Source of the DNA: Lama guanicoe
Lineage: Eukaryota
Length of the DNA stretch: 64,000 nt
Assembly (NCBI GenBank): GCA_013239625.1
Contig: MU053881.1
Coordinates: 12,476,879 to 12,540,878 of the forward strand
Reading direction: 5' to 3'
Under the pieces are notes generated by a model. It was given only the letters and a program-made list of their open reading frames with translations, did no database searches and was not told where the DNA came from. The position numbers were made by a program, and so were the translations under genes. Positions within the stretch are counted from its first letter, which is position 1; each line of letters begins with the position of its first letter. Below are positions 36,560 to 47,825 of this stretch, piece after piece.

Positions 36560-36900
36560 TGGTTCTCAGCTTTCTTGCTGATTCCTCTGTCTTTTTATGA
36601 CCTCTAAGTATTGATATACTGGAATGCTATGTTTTCAGTCCTCTTGTTTTTAATCTATCCTCATTTCCTAAAGAATCCACCCAGTTACATGGTTTTAAGT
36701 AGCTATCACTGATAATTTCTAAATCTGCATCTCCAAAACCATCTCTCCCAGAGTCTCAGACTCACATGTCCAACTGTCTCCTTGACATTTCCACTTAAAT
36801 ATCTAATAAATATCTCACACTTACTAGAAATCTTGATTCCACTCTCCAGACCCATCTCTCTCTGAGTCTTTCTCATGATTAGAGGAAAAGGTTCTTGTTG
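36560..36900 (+). mobile_element. L2 LINE internal fragment
   Basis: 'catggttttaag...ctgataatttctaaatctgcatctcca...tccaactgtctccttgacatttccactt'. Confidence 0.8.
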
Positions 36901-37190
36901 ATCAAATATTCTGACTGTTACAGTGATCCTATCACAGCAAATATAGTGGCCAGTCTGTCTGCTCATCTTCTGTGATATTCAGACTGCCATTTACAAAGCC
37001 ATATTGGTACCATGTGGACAGACATGGCTTCCTGGTTCTCATGCAGATACCGCTTTCCAACCCCAGATGAAGGTGGGAAATTTAAGTAGATCTGCCTTGA
37101 TTTTTTAATTTCGTGAGATGGGAAGTAGAAATGGGCAAGAAGAACGAAGGCTATGAGACATGAAGAAGCAGAGCTCTCCATCTGGTACAG

Positions 37191-37388
37191 CAGCCCTGGC
37201 ACTGTGGGCATCTTCAGCTGGGTAAATCTTTACATGTAGGGTGCTTAGCAGCATCCCTGGCCTCTACCCACTAGTTGCAACTGGTACCTCCCCCCAGCCT
37301 CCATCCAAAGTCATGGAAATATAGAACGTCTCCAGCCACTGCCAAATCTCTCCTGGCAGTCACAGTCGCCCCTAGTTAAGAACTTCAG
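37191..37388 (-). mobile_element. MER20-like MITE
   Basis: 'tagcagcatccctggcctctacccactag...gtctccagccactgccaaat...gttaagaac'. Confidence 0.8.
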
Positions 37389-40300
37389 TATGAGAAAGTA
37401 AATGTATGCATGTCAGACTGTCCCCAAACTCCCCAACCATTTATAGCCTTTCTTCCTGTGGAGAGAATCCAATAAGGGGTGAAGAGAAGTGTGGAAGCTT
37501 TTTTTGTCCAGCTCTTCCTAGAGAAAGTTGAAATTTTGACCAAAGTTTCTATTTTAAGGGGCAAGGTGAGACGACCGGAGGAAAATATAAGATGTTTCTA
37601 GAAGACTTTAATGTACACTATCTTTTCACATTATGTTGAGCTGTAGCTTATCCATTTCCACTCAAATATGTGTTCAGTTAGGCTCATCTTTCCAAATTGA
37701 TTTGTTTAATTTAGATCTAAAGCCCTATGCTGTTCTTTCAGAGCATTGGATAAATATGGCTCCTTGTCAGTTTATAAGACAATTTGTAGTGTTTCAAGAA
37801 GCGGAGGAATTTTTTCTCACTTGATTCTTACTTTAATTGTAGAAGACATCTCGCTTAAGAGATGCATGGTAAATTTGGAGTTTAGGAGTAGTAACCATTT
37901 CTACTCAGTATTTCATTTTTGTTTCATCTGATTTGCATTTTAGCCTGATAGGTGTTTACTTTTGTTCTGATGGAAAACCAAACCAAATGAAACCTAATAC
38001 ACCTCCATGCCCAATGTTCACAATACTGTCAACTCTATTCTTTAATGCATACAGTCTTTATTCCATGGATTAGTAAATTCTTTAATGTTAATTTCATTGT
38101 TTTATTTCAGTCAATTATGTTTTCACCTCAGTATGCTGCTTTTTAGTCTCAGTCTACTTGCATGGGTAGGGTGTTTACAAATGAAGACTATCCAAGATAA
38201 TTTAAGAAGCCTTGAGACTCGATGAGGGGAAATAGGTATTTTTATTTTCATACTGATACTGCTGTCTCTCAACTCTGCAGTGAAAACCAGAGAAAAAAGG
38301 AACAACAAAAGGACAAATTCATTTACCTTTGAATACTCAAAAGGTGCAGGTGGTGTCTGTGCAATGGTTTGCAAATGAAAAGATTTTTCTTCCTACTTTT
38401 TTTTTTTAGACCTCCCTGAACAAAGGGAAAAAAGTAATTCAGATAGAAAATTCAGAGTCAATGAAAACTGGTATGTGTGGGAGCTTGTAAAATTAATTTT
38501 AGTTGTTAGGCCTTCTAATATCAGGGTGTGTCCTTTGCCCTGTGCCCTCTTAAATAATCCTTTTACGTTGCTCAGGGCAGATGTATTTTGAAAGCAGCAC
38601 CTCTATTAACCTTAACTGTATACCGCTCAGGAAGAAAAAAAATTGCTAGTTACATTTTGAATGCTGCCCATGCTCAACAGTTAGATTTCAAACTAATGTT
38701 TGAAATCTAAATGGAGTCCTGACTATTCCTTTCAGGTAGGAGAGAAACAAGGTGGTGAAGAAAAACAAAGATTCTTCTCCCCCTGAATTTCTATTATGAT
38801 ACTGTGATGGTCTATAAGAGGATCTAGTGAAAACAATAATCAAAAAACAAGACATTTTAAAAGGAGGAGGGAAATATCTATGGATGTCACAGTGCCAGAC
38901 GCCAGCAGAGCAGCTCTAAATGCACCACATGCTTTAACTCATATTTTCTCTGAATAACTCTTAATATTAGCATCCCATTTTTCCAGTTGAGGAAAGTAAG
39001 GCACAGAGAAGTTAGTTAGAAACTTAGCTGAATTCTCACCACTAGTAAATGGTGGAACTGAGCTTTGGTCCCGTAGTTTGCCTCCCTGGATCTTGCTCTT
39101 AACTTCTCTGCTCTCCTGCCTCCCCACTGCCCCCAACCCCATCTTGTTAGACCTCTTCCATCTCATCCCATTTATATGGGTACAGGGTGTAGATTTCAAT
39201 GAATAAGTGAGATGATTATACATTTCCAGCTGTGTGATACCACGTGTAGGCAAATGGGAATGGACATTTGTGTGGTGGCCTTTATTGATTTTGTCTGCCA
39301 AGCGTCTCCTCTCTCTTATGTTGGTATCAGCAACCTGATTTTGCTTAGGGAAACTATCCTTCCCTCATCACATTTGTTCGAGTGCCCTGCCTGCCCTCTG
39401 GTAAAGGGTAGACGAGGGGTGCAAGGGTCAGATCCTCCATCCCTGGGCTTTGAATCTTCAGGGGAATGAGAAAGACTGAAAATAGTTGCAGTTCTTCCAT
39501 CCTGATGAGGGTGTCTGGGGGAGACTGACCGGAGTTCTTGCAATGTATTGTGGCTCTGGTGAGGCTCGCTTAGAGGTCTGTTGTGTTTGCTTTTCTTCAG
39601 TTCTGTGAGCTATTCCAGGTCTCTCCAATCTGTTCCTTTCTGCCTTAAGATAACCAGATTCTATTTATTTTGCTTGCAACCGAAGAACCTTAATGGATCC
39701 ACTGACAACTCTCTCTCTTTCATGAGCCTGATGTGGTGGTGTTGTGGAGGGGCCTCCATCAGTTCAGACAGGACCCCATGACGGGGGTTCATGGCTTGAA
39801 GGAAAGATGTTATGGGAGTTTTGGGCCTGTTGCTTTCCTGCTGCCTGAATTGATAAGGACTTTGTTCTTCCTGCAAACAGCCATTCACCATTTTGTGTCA
39901 GAAAAGTTAAATTTCCTCTTAGTGGAAAGGAATTTTTGGTAGAAATGAATTCTGGCTTCATTCAGAAGCTCCTGTTGTCTCATAGAAAGGATCATAGGCA
40001 AAAGAACTGAATTCTGCTAATAGCTTACTGTTATAAAAACTCTATTAAGTTAAATTCTTCTTAGGGCATTTTATCTTTTAAATGAGGGGAAAACAGTCTT
40101 GGTTGACAGATGTGAGATAGTTTTAAAATGGTTAGCGCTATTATTACGTACGTCCTGGGGGAGAGCAGGTGGACCCATCACTTCCCTGCCCCCTCCTCTC
40201 CCCTGCGAGCCTGTGGATAACCAGCACACTCTTTGCCTCACAGTGTCTTGAATTGACCAGGCTGCTTCAAGTATCTCATGTGATTTCCCTTCCTTGGGAT

Positions 40301-40756
40301 GCCTTTCTGTAATACGTCCATCTGGCAAACTTTTATTGATCCTCCACAGCTCCCTGCAGCATCTTCTCTGTGACGGACCCTTCCCTTACTCTTCTAAGCT
40401 TGGCTAATCACTTTATCTCCTCATGCGAACCTGTGTGATCTTATCTTATTGGAACATGCACTACCCAGTATTTCAGTTATTTAACTACAGGTTCATTTCC
40501 ATCGTTTGATTGCGAATTTCCACAGGGCAGCCAGCCCCTTGCATTTTTGCATTTCTCGTATATTTTGTGATACCAAAAATGCTTAATAAATGTTGAGCAC
40601 ACCTTGACAAAATTCCCAAGAAAATTCGCCACCTAAAGGAACTCTGTTACTCATTCTCTGCAAGTTTAAAACTTCTCGGGAAATGCTAAAAACATCTCAT
40701 GGTGGGTATATTCCATAAATCTTTTTTTTTTTCACTATCAGTACATTTTTGGATTA

Positions 40757-41130
40757 TGCTACTTAGTCTGTTCAGGCTGCTCTAACAAAAATACCATAGA
40801 CTGGGGGCTTATAAACAACAGAAAGGTATTTCTCACCCTTCTGGAGGCTGGAAGTCCCAGATGAGGGTGACAGCATGGTTGGCTTCTGCTGAGGACCCAC
40901 TTCTGGGTTGCAGACTGCCGCCTTCTCCATGTGTCCTCACGTGGCAGAGAGCAGAGAAGTGAGCTCTCTCGTGTCTCTTTTAAGGACACTAATCCCATTT
41001 GTGAGAGTTTCTTTCATGATCTCATCTAACCCTAATCACCTCCCAAATCTTCTGCCTCCTAATACCACCACATTAGGGGGTAGGGTTCTACATATGAGTC
41101 TTGGGGGGAACACACATTCAGTCCATAACA
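40757..41130 (-). mobile_element. Full-length MaLR solo LTR (MLT1A-like)
   Basis: TG...CA termini; 'aaataccatagactgggggcttataaacaacagaaa...ttctggaggctggaagtcc...acacattcagtccataaca'. Confidence 0.9.
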
Positions 41131-41615
41131 CTAAGTTTTTTTTTAAAGTTGCTGCTCAATTATAAGAAACTGCCACCTACACAGTTTGTATCTCGAGGAC
41201 TTGATGACTGTCATTCTTCTTGTAGGCCTTTCTGTGTCTCCTACCAATAAATCCCTAGAAATGTCATTAGACATGTGTTTGAAATAGACAATGCCATACA
41301 AACTTAGAGCAGCAAGGGAGAAAAAGAAATTCTAGGCACATTTTGTACAAAGCATCCAAAAAACGGACTGGGAGGTTGCTGGGGGCTATGTGTCTATTAA
41401 AAGGTGTGATTGACAATGGAAACTATATTATTAAAGATGTTGGAAATTTCTAACTTCCTATCAAACTAATTGTACTTCATTTTGGGGGAGGACAATCATC
41501 TCCTACAGTTTTCCTTATGGTCTAACGAGTCTTGATTTTAGGAGACACACATATCTCAAGCAGCAGAACTGAAAGCAGTAATGACAGAGTGGTCTTTGGA
41601 AAAGCTTTGCGTTTA

Positions 41616-41934
41616 AATAGAAACAGACTCACAGACACAGAAAACAAACTAGTGGTTACAGGGGGAGAAGAGGGAGAGAAGGGATAAATTGGGAGTTCGA
41701 GATTTGCAGATACTGACTACTGTATATAAAATAGGTGAACAGTAAGTTTCTTCTGTATAGCACAGGGGACTGTATTCAACATCTCATAGTAACTTGTAAA
41801 CAAAAAGAATATGAAAACCAAAACACGTATGTATATGTATGACTGAAACATTATGCTATACACCAGAAATTGCCACAACATTATAAATTGACTATACTTC
41901 AATAAAAAAAAATTTAGAAAGTTAAAAAAAAAGA
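41616..41934 (+). mobile_element. Young L1 3' end (cetartiodactyl/camelid type)
   Basis: 'gaaacagactcacagac...gggataaattgggagttcgagatttgcagatact...gactatacttcaat' plus A tail. Imperfect TSD gaaaagctttgcgttt / gaaaactttgcattt. Confidence 0.9.
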
Positions 41935-42032
41935 GAAAACTTTGCATTTGCATGTGGTTAGAGACCTCCTGGTGTGCATCCACTCTTGGGAGAGATTCTC
42001 CCTTTTATCCATTCTCTCCCGCTACGTACACA

Positions 42033-42280
42033 AGTATTTTCCAAAGGGTGTTTTGGGGAACATTACTTTCTCTAAGTATTAATTGGTGTTAAAGGGAGGA
42101 GAAAAACGTTTTTTGAAGTTAAAGAAGTCTGGAAAGCATTGGAGTAAACAGGTGGAACTAGCTTCTTCACTGTCCCACGTGTTAATCGTAGGGGAAGATG
42201 AGGCATTCAGCCCAGACCTACTCACCCCTGGAATCCTCACAGAGAATGGTGCACGTGGTTCGCAGGGATAAAACGCTTGC
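42033..42280. mobile_element. MER103C-like hAT MITE remnant
   Basis: 'agtattttccaaagggtgtt...ggaaca...ttaattggtgtt...aagtctggaaagcattgg'. Confidence 0.5.
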
Positions 42281-43519
42281 CTTCTTTCCATTCAAAGAAC
42301 AGATTTAGGCTCATGGTTGTTGAATATTTTGTGGCATTGCTATGAGTTGTCTTTAGCCCCCAGAGAGTCTTGGGATTAATTTGTTGTTTTCTGTTCTTTC
42401 GTGATGAGTAGGTTTCATTGCGTTTCTTGCTTGATTCCCTTTTTTCTAGGTCCTTGGGATAGTCTCCCTTTATGTGTTTTCTGTTGTTGTTTTAATGGCT
42501 CATGCTTATGCCAAAGCATTTCCTTCTACAGAAAACAAAACAAAGTACCACAAAGAAACAAAATCTAAACGCCAGTAGCTCTTCCTTAATGTCTGCCTTA
42601 GGAAATTAGGCAAATTCAATGAGGTAAGTTCCAGAGTGATAACTCAGACCAGGGGAGCTGTGAATCAAGTGCTGCTCTAAATTTGCTGACTGGACAGATC
42701 TCATTGTCTGAAAAATGAACATGAGGCTAATTGGCCTCATGAGCAAGTTCATTTTTCATGAAATCAACGCAATTAATTCAACCTGTATTTATTAAGCATT
42801 CTTCTATTGGTCACTGGAGCATAGTGAATAAAATAAATGTGACTGTTTTGTGAAGGCTTCTATTTGATGGGATAGAAAGAAGAAAAGAGACAACCATATG
42901 GGTGACAGTGATGAGTGAAGTTTTAGGGAAATACACAGCAAGTCGTCTATTTATTTGAGAGCTAAGTTGTTCAACAACAACAAAAAAAAGCAAGTAGGAG
43001 GGGAAAGATACTCCAAGCATGAAACAAAATGTATGAATACAGTTTTTATTAGGCCTTTAATTTGCATCCCACTGTGCTAGGCACTAGACAGAACACCATT
43101 CCAGTTTATAAGGGAACATACATTTTGCAGTCAAGCTTGTAAACTGTTAAAAGAGATTTAGGGACATGTGTCTACAGCAGCACAGACGAGGGAAAGCGTT
43201 TGTGGCTGAAATATTATGAGGTTGACTGACACATGGTGGCTGAGAATTATTAAGTTGTCAGTTGATACCTGCAAGTGTCCCTAAAATAGGCTGAGATATA
43301 TTTACAAGGCAGGAATTCTCTGGGACGCAAGTGTTTTCCCAACATGCTGTGACATTCATCACCTACAGCTCCATTCTGTGCAAGAAACCTGTTACCACTG
43401 TGCTGGCTCAGAGATTCAGTGCCCCCTTGTTCACTGGCTCAATGAGTAACTCAGAGACTAGGGAATAGTTTCTTGTTATGTTCCTCCTATGGTTCAGATT
43501 CAATCCTTTTGCGATTTAT

Positions 43520-43980
43520 AGGTCTAACAGTGAGCCTCTTGCCCCACAGCATTCTACTTCTGCAGCCTCACTGCCTCCTGGTCCTCGAATACGCCAAATC
43601 TCTCCCGCTTCCTGACCTCCTCACACACTGCTCTGTCCTCGTGGGGTGTTTCCTGCTGTCTTTGCTGGAGTAACTCATCTTATTCAGTTTAGGTCTCAGC
43701 GTTTCTTAGGATTTCCTCTGACCTGCAGCTTTCCTAGAACAGGTTAGGCCCTCAGTACTTTTTCTTCATGCACTCATGTATTACCATAGCAGTTGACAGC
43801 ATATATAATTATTAATTTGTTATATATTTATTTTTTTACTCCACTAAAAGATTGATGAGGGCAGGCACTGTGTCTGTATCTCTTTGTTGCTCCCTCCTGC
43901 GTCTCCAGTGCCTACCACAGAGGCTGATGTCCTAGTAGGCATCCAGTAAAATAATTTTTGAATGAATGAGTTAATGAAGA
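43520..43980 (+). mobile_element. L2 3' end
   Basis: 'tgagggcaggcactgtgtctg...ccagtgcctaccacag...tagtaggcatccagtaaa...tgaatgaatgag'. Confidence 0.8.
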
Positions 43981-44139
43981 GTAAGACAGATTTTTTTGTT
44001 GTTGTCGTTTAGTTCCACAGAGGATCAGAAACGATAAAAGTAGAATGGAATGAAATGTCAGTTGTGGAATTCAGATGATAATAGTAATAACTATAACTTT
44101 CAGCATGTGTGATATGCCAGTGAATCATGTTTTACAAAT

Positions 44140-44455
44140 GAAATGAACTTATTTACAAAACAGAAACAGAATCACAGATGTAGAAAACAAACTTATGGTT
44201 ATCAAAGGGGAAAGGGAGGCGAGAGGGATTAATTAGGAGTTTAGGATTAGCAGATGCAAAATACTGTATACAAAACAGATGAACAACAAGGTCATACTGT
44301 ATGGCCCAGGGAACTATATTCAATAGCTTGTAATAACCTAAAATGAAAAAGAATACTAAAAAAGAATGTATACATATATAACTGAATCACTATGCTGTAC
44401 ACCAGAAGCTAACACAACATGCAAATCAACTATACTTCAATAAAAAAAAGAAAAT
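44140..44455 (+). mobile_element. Young L1 3' end inserted in a MIR
   Basis: 'aaatgaacttatttacaaaacagaaacaga...gaatcactatgctgtacaccagaa...actatacttcaataaaaaaaa'. Confidence 0.9.
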
Positions 44456-47400
44456 TCTAGAGGAAACACTATTTGATATATTCACATCTAAAAAAGTTAT
44501 TGTAAATCTAGACAATAACTCCACAAGTATGAAAGTGAAACTCAGAGAGGCGAAGCAACTTGCTAAGACTCACACAGCAGTCTGTGGAGGAACAGGCATG
44601 GACCCAGGTCTGTCTGACTCTGAAACTTCCTTCTGCTGTATCATGTAGCATTTCATTGATTATGAGCCAAAGGGGCTGGAAAAGAGTTATAGAGATGTAG
44701 CCAACGGCCAGGCGGGATCAGGCTGGCATAATAACTGTGAGTAACTAAGGATAATGTTCAGAAGCCAGAACAGTCTGCTGAGGTGAAGAGAAACCTACTG
44801 TGCCCTGAATCTGCAAAGATTAAATATGGAGTCTAGGCTGGTTGGGTGAATGAGGACCAGTGGATTAGGGATCCGAATAGAGACCTCTCTTCTGTTCAGA
44901 GAGATCTAGGCAGCATAGGAATCTCTGGCTTGTAATCTAGGCGGGGGACCCACAGAGACATCCACAGAGACATGTATCTTGAGCCTGTCTGACATATGTT
45001 GTGCCTTGCCGACCACCCTTCCCACCCCCAGCTCAGAGTCAGACCTAACTTCAGGAGAGAGGCTGTCAATCTACATATCCTTGAATATTTGTTATCACTT
45101 GTGTGCTTGGAGGCTGTTTTTCATCTAGGCTCTCTTTTTGCTTTCTCTTTCCAGTGAGCTCCATTTGAAATTCCTGAATTCAGTTACTTCATTTTTCTTT
45201 TACTTTCCATTTGGTGTATATGTGTAGTGCCCATTTTTCTTTTCAATCTTAAATTGGCTTAATTTCTTTTCCTGCCAGAGAAATTGCAAGCCCAGTTTTA
45301 AATGTCCCATGTTGTTTTAATAAGACATATGAGTACTGTGCTTAGTCATGCCCCTATTTTATAGAAAGTCTTCTTAGAATACTTGCAAATATATATACAT
45401 ACACACATTTTAGAATTCTTAGAATTTAGAATACAAGATGTGAATGCTACATACATAATATACTAGCATCCTATGTAAAACCCAAAATGTATAAAAATAT
45501 ACTTATAAAAATATAAATTGTCTTTTATGTAGAACATTAGTTGTCCTTAATGGTCCCCATGGAGTTCTTCCAGATAAAGTTTTGATTTATTGTCTGTTTT
45601 CCTATATGCTTGTTATTTGAGATAAATAGCTTTTCCAAGGAGATTACCATTTATCTGAAAATAAAAATCAGTGTTGTTTGTTTTTGTTGTTTTCTCATAA
45701 GCAAAATGGTTGCCCTTGGATCATGGCCCTTGGGTTTTTCTGCCATGGAACTTTCAGAACATTCCTGCCTGGTTTCCTGGACTTTCCTATCCTGTCTTGT
45801 TCCTAGCCTCACACTGATCTGGGTGCAGAGGGCTTCTAAATCACTGGATACACTTCCCTGTTTTTCCTATGACTCTCAAACCGATAATCTGAAACGGACT
45901 CTTCCTGGACTCTTAATTCTTCCCCCCAAGCAGAGATATTCTAGAATGATGCTCTATGGTGAACAACAACCACAAAGTAAGAAAGGAAAACAACAATAAC
46001 AACAAACACCATCTCAAATTAGAAATCATAAAATAAATTTAGAATTTAGAATATTTTGCATCTGCAGTGTTATTTCTGTGCAAGGACAGTTACATGTCTT
46101 AGTTAAAAAAATTTTTTTTCCAATTAAAAATGGAAATTGGATGGTGCTCTAATTTTTCTATGGCTCTTCAGCCCTCTTTTAGAGATGAAAAACAGCTGCA
46201 GAATATTATTTTTTCACAAGTTTGAAAATTACTTTATATTTTGGAAGGCGTGCAAATGACTCTTTCAGGTTAATTCTCCTTCATCAGCTTTCTTCTCTGT
46301 AGAGAATGTTTATATTTAGGTGTTATGACCTTAATGCTGTTATCACCTCTGCTGCCATCATCACCATCATCATTGTTCATTTTGTACTTTTAACCAAAGC
46401 CAGCCATAGTGTGCCAAAGTTTATGATACCCAAGTTTTACATTTAATTTCTCATCACAAGAAAAGTCCCATTTTTAAAACTAAATCTGAATTTATAGGAA
46501 GCCCCTCAATAAATTTATGTCCCCACAGAGATCAACTTTCAAAAATTATTTTCCCTTATTTTTATTAGAAGCAGCAGAGTAATAAATTTTGTGCCATAAT
46601 CTCAGATGGCTGATGGTGATGTACTAATAGTCTCTTTCTTTCTCCCCTGGTATTTCCAGAGCCCATAGCAGACGTCACTAAGCAATCACAAAACAATCTC
46701 CTCCCCATACTCTCAGACATTTAATCTAGCAGGAAACTTTCCTTTCACCCAGGAGAACCTAGACATGCTTGGAAAGTTTTTGCCGTGGAATTGCAGGCAT
46801 TCACTACCAATTGATCCTGGTTGGTGCATGATCTGTTTGTATGATTGTCTTACCTTCCACCAGCCTTCAGGCCGAAACACTCCCTCCTTCTTTATTGACA
46901 TCTTTATCTCCCTCTGGCCCTTGTTGGTTTTAGAGATGGTAAAAACAAAAGAGATTGGATTTGTTTGTTTTTGTTTCAAAGAATGATACAAAAATAAGGT
47001 GGTGGAGGACCACAGTGATCATGTAATGCAGTGGAAAGAACAAAAGAATAATTTCAGAGTCACAGAATATGGTCCAGGCTTTCACACTACCTTTTGGGTT
47101 ACTTTGGGTGAATGACTCAGTTTTGTTGGACTTAAGTTTTCTTATTTTAAAATGAGAATTAGAATAGCTTATCCATAGACATGACAGAATTTTGTGAAAA
47201 TCAAACTGAAATGAAATAATGAATGCAAAGACCCATCTAAGAAAAACCCTAAATGCCATATGTGGAATTACACTTTGGTTGGAGAAGCATACCCATTAAT
47301 CCACGCCTGCCACATTCCATTTCCAGGGTGGTTTCTTTAACATTAATCTCCATTACCCTACCACCTGAGCACAAGAAATTTGGCTCGAGATGAACATCTG

Positions 47401-47619
47401 ACCCTAAGTCACCAATTCAAAAGCTGGCCTGTCTTCTACCTAATAAATAGTCTGGTGGTGAGGCTATGTCTGAGATCCCAAGGAGGGCTTTGGCTTAGGC
47501 TGAGTAATATTGGCCCAGTGGAAAAGCCTTGCCTCATTGGCCACGGACAAGTCACTGGACAATTCAGATCCTTTGTGCAGAGTTTGGATTCAAGTCTGGT
47601 GTAGATATGCAAGCAGGTG

Positions 47620-47825
47620 GTAGTGGGAACAGAGGTCAAAAGACAGATGGAGAAATAGTCTTGCTCTTTCTGAAAAGAGAGTTTCAAAGCATGAGAGATT
47701 CTCCTACTAGCCATGAAGAAGCAAACTGCCATGTTGTGGAGAGGACCACGTCACAGAAATCTGAAGGTGGCATTTAGGAGGCCTAGAACTGCTCCCATCC
47801 AACAGTCAGCAAGGAATCAGGGGGG
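47620..47825 (+). mobile_element. MaLR LTR fragment (MLT1E/F-like)
   Basis: 'tgaagaagcaaactgccatgttgtggagaggaccacgt...aacagtcagcaaggaa'. Confidence 0.75.

Noticed and set aside
44450..44505. Possible second 3' transduction after the L1 at 44140
   Set aside because: No TSD found to bracket it.
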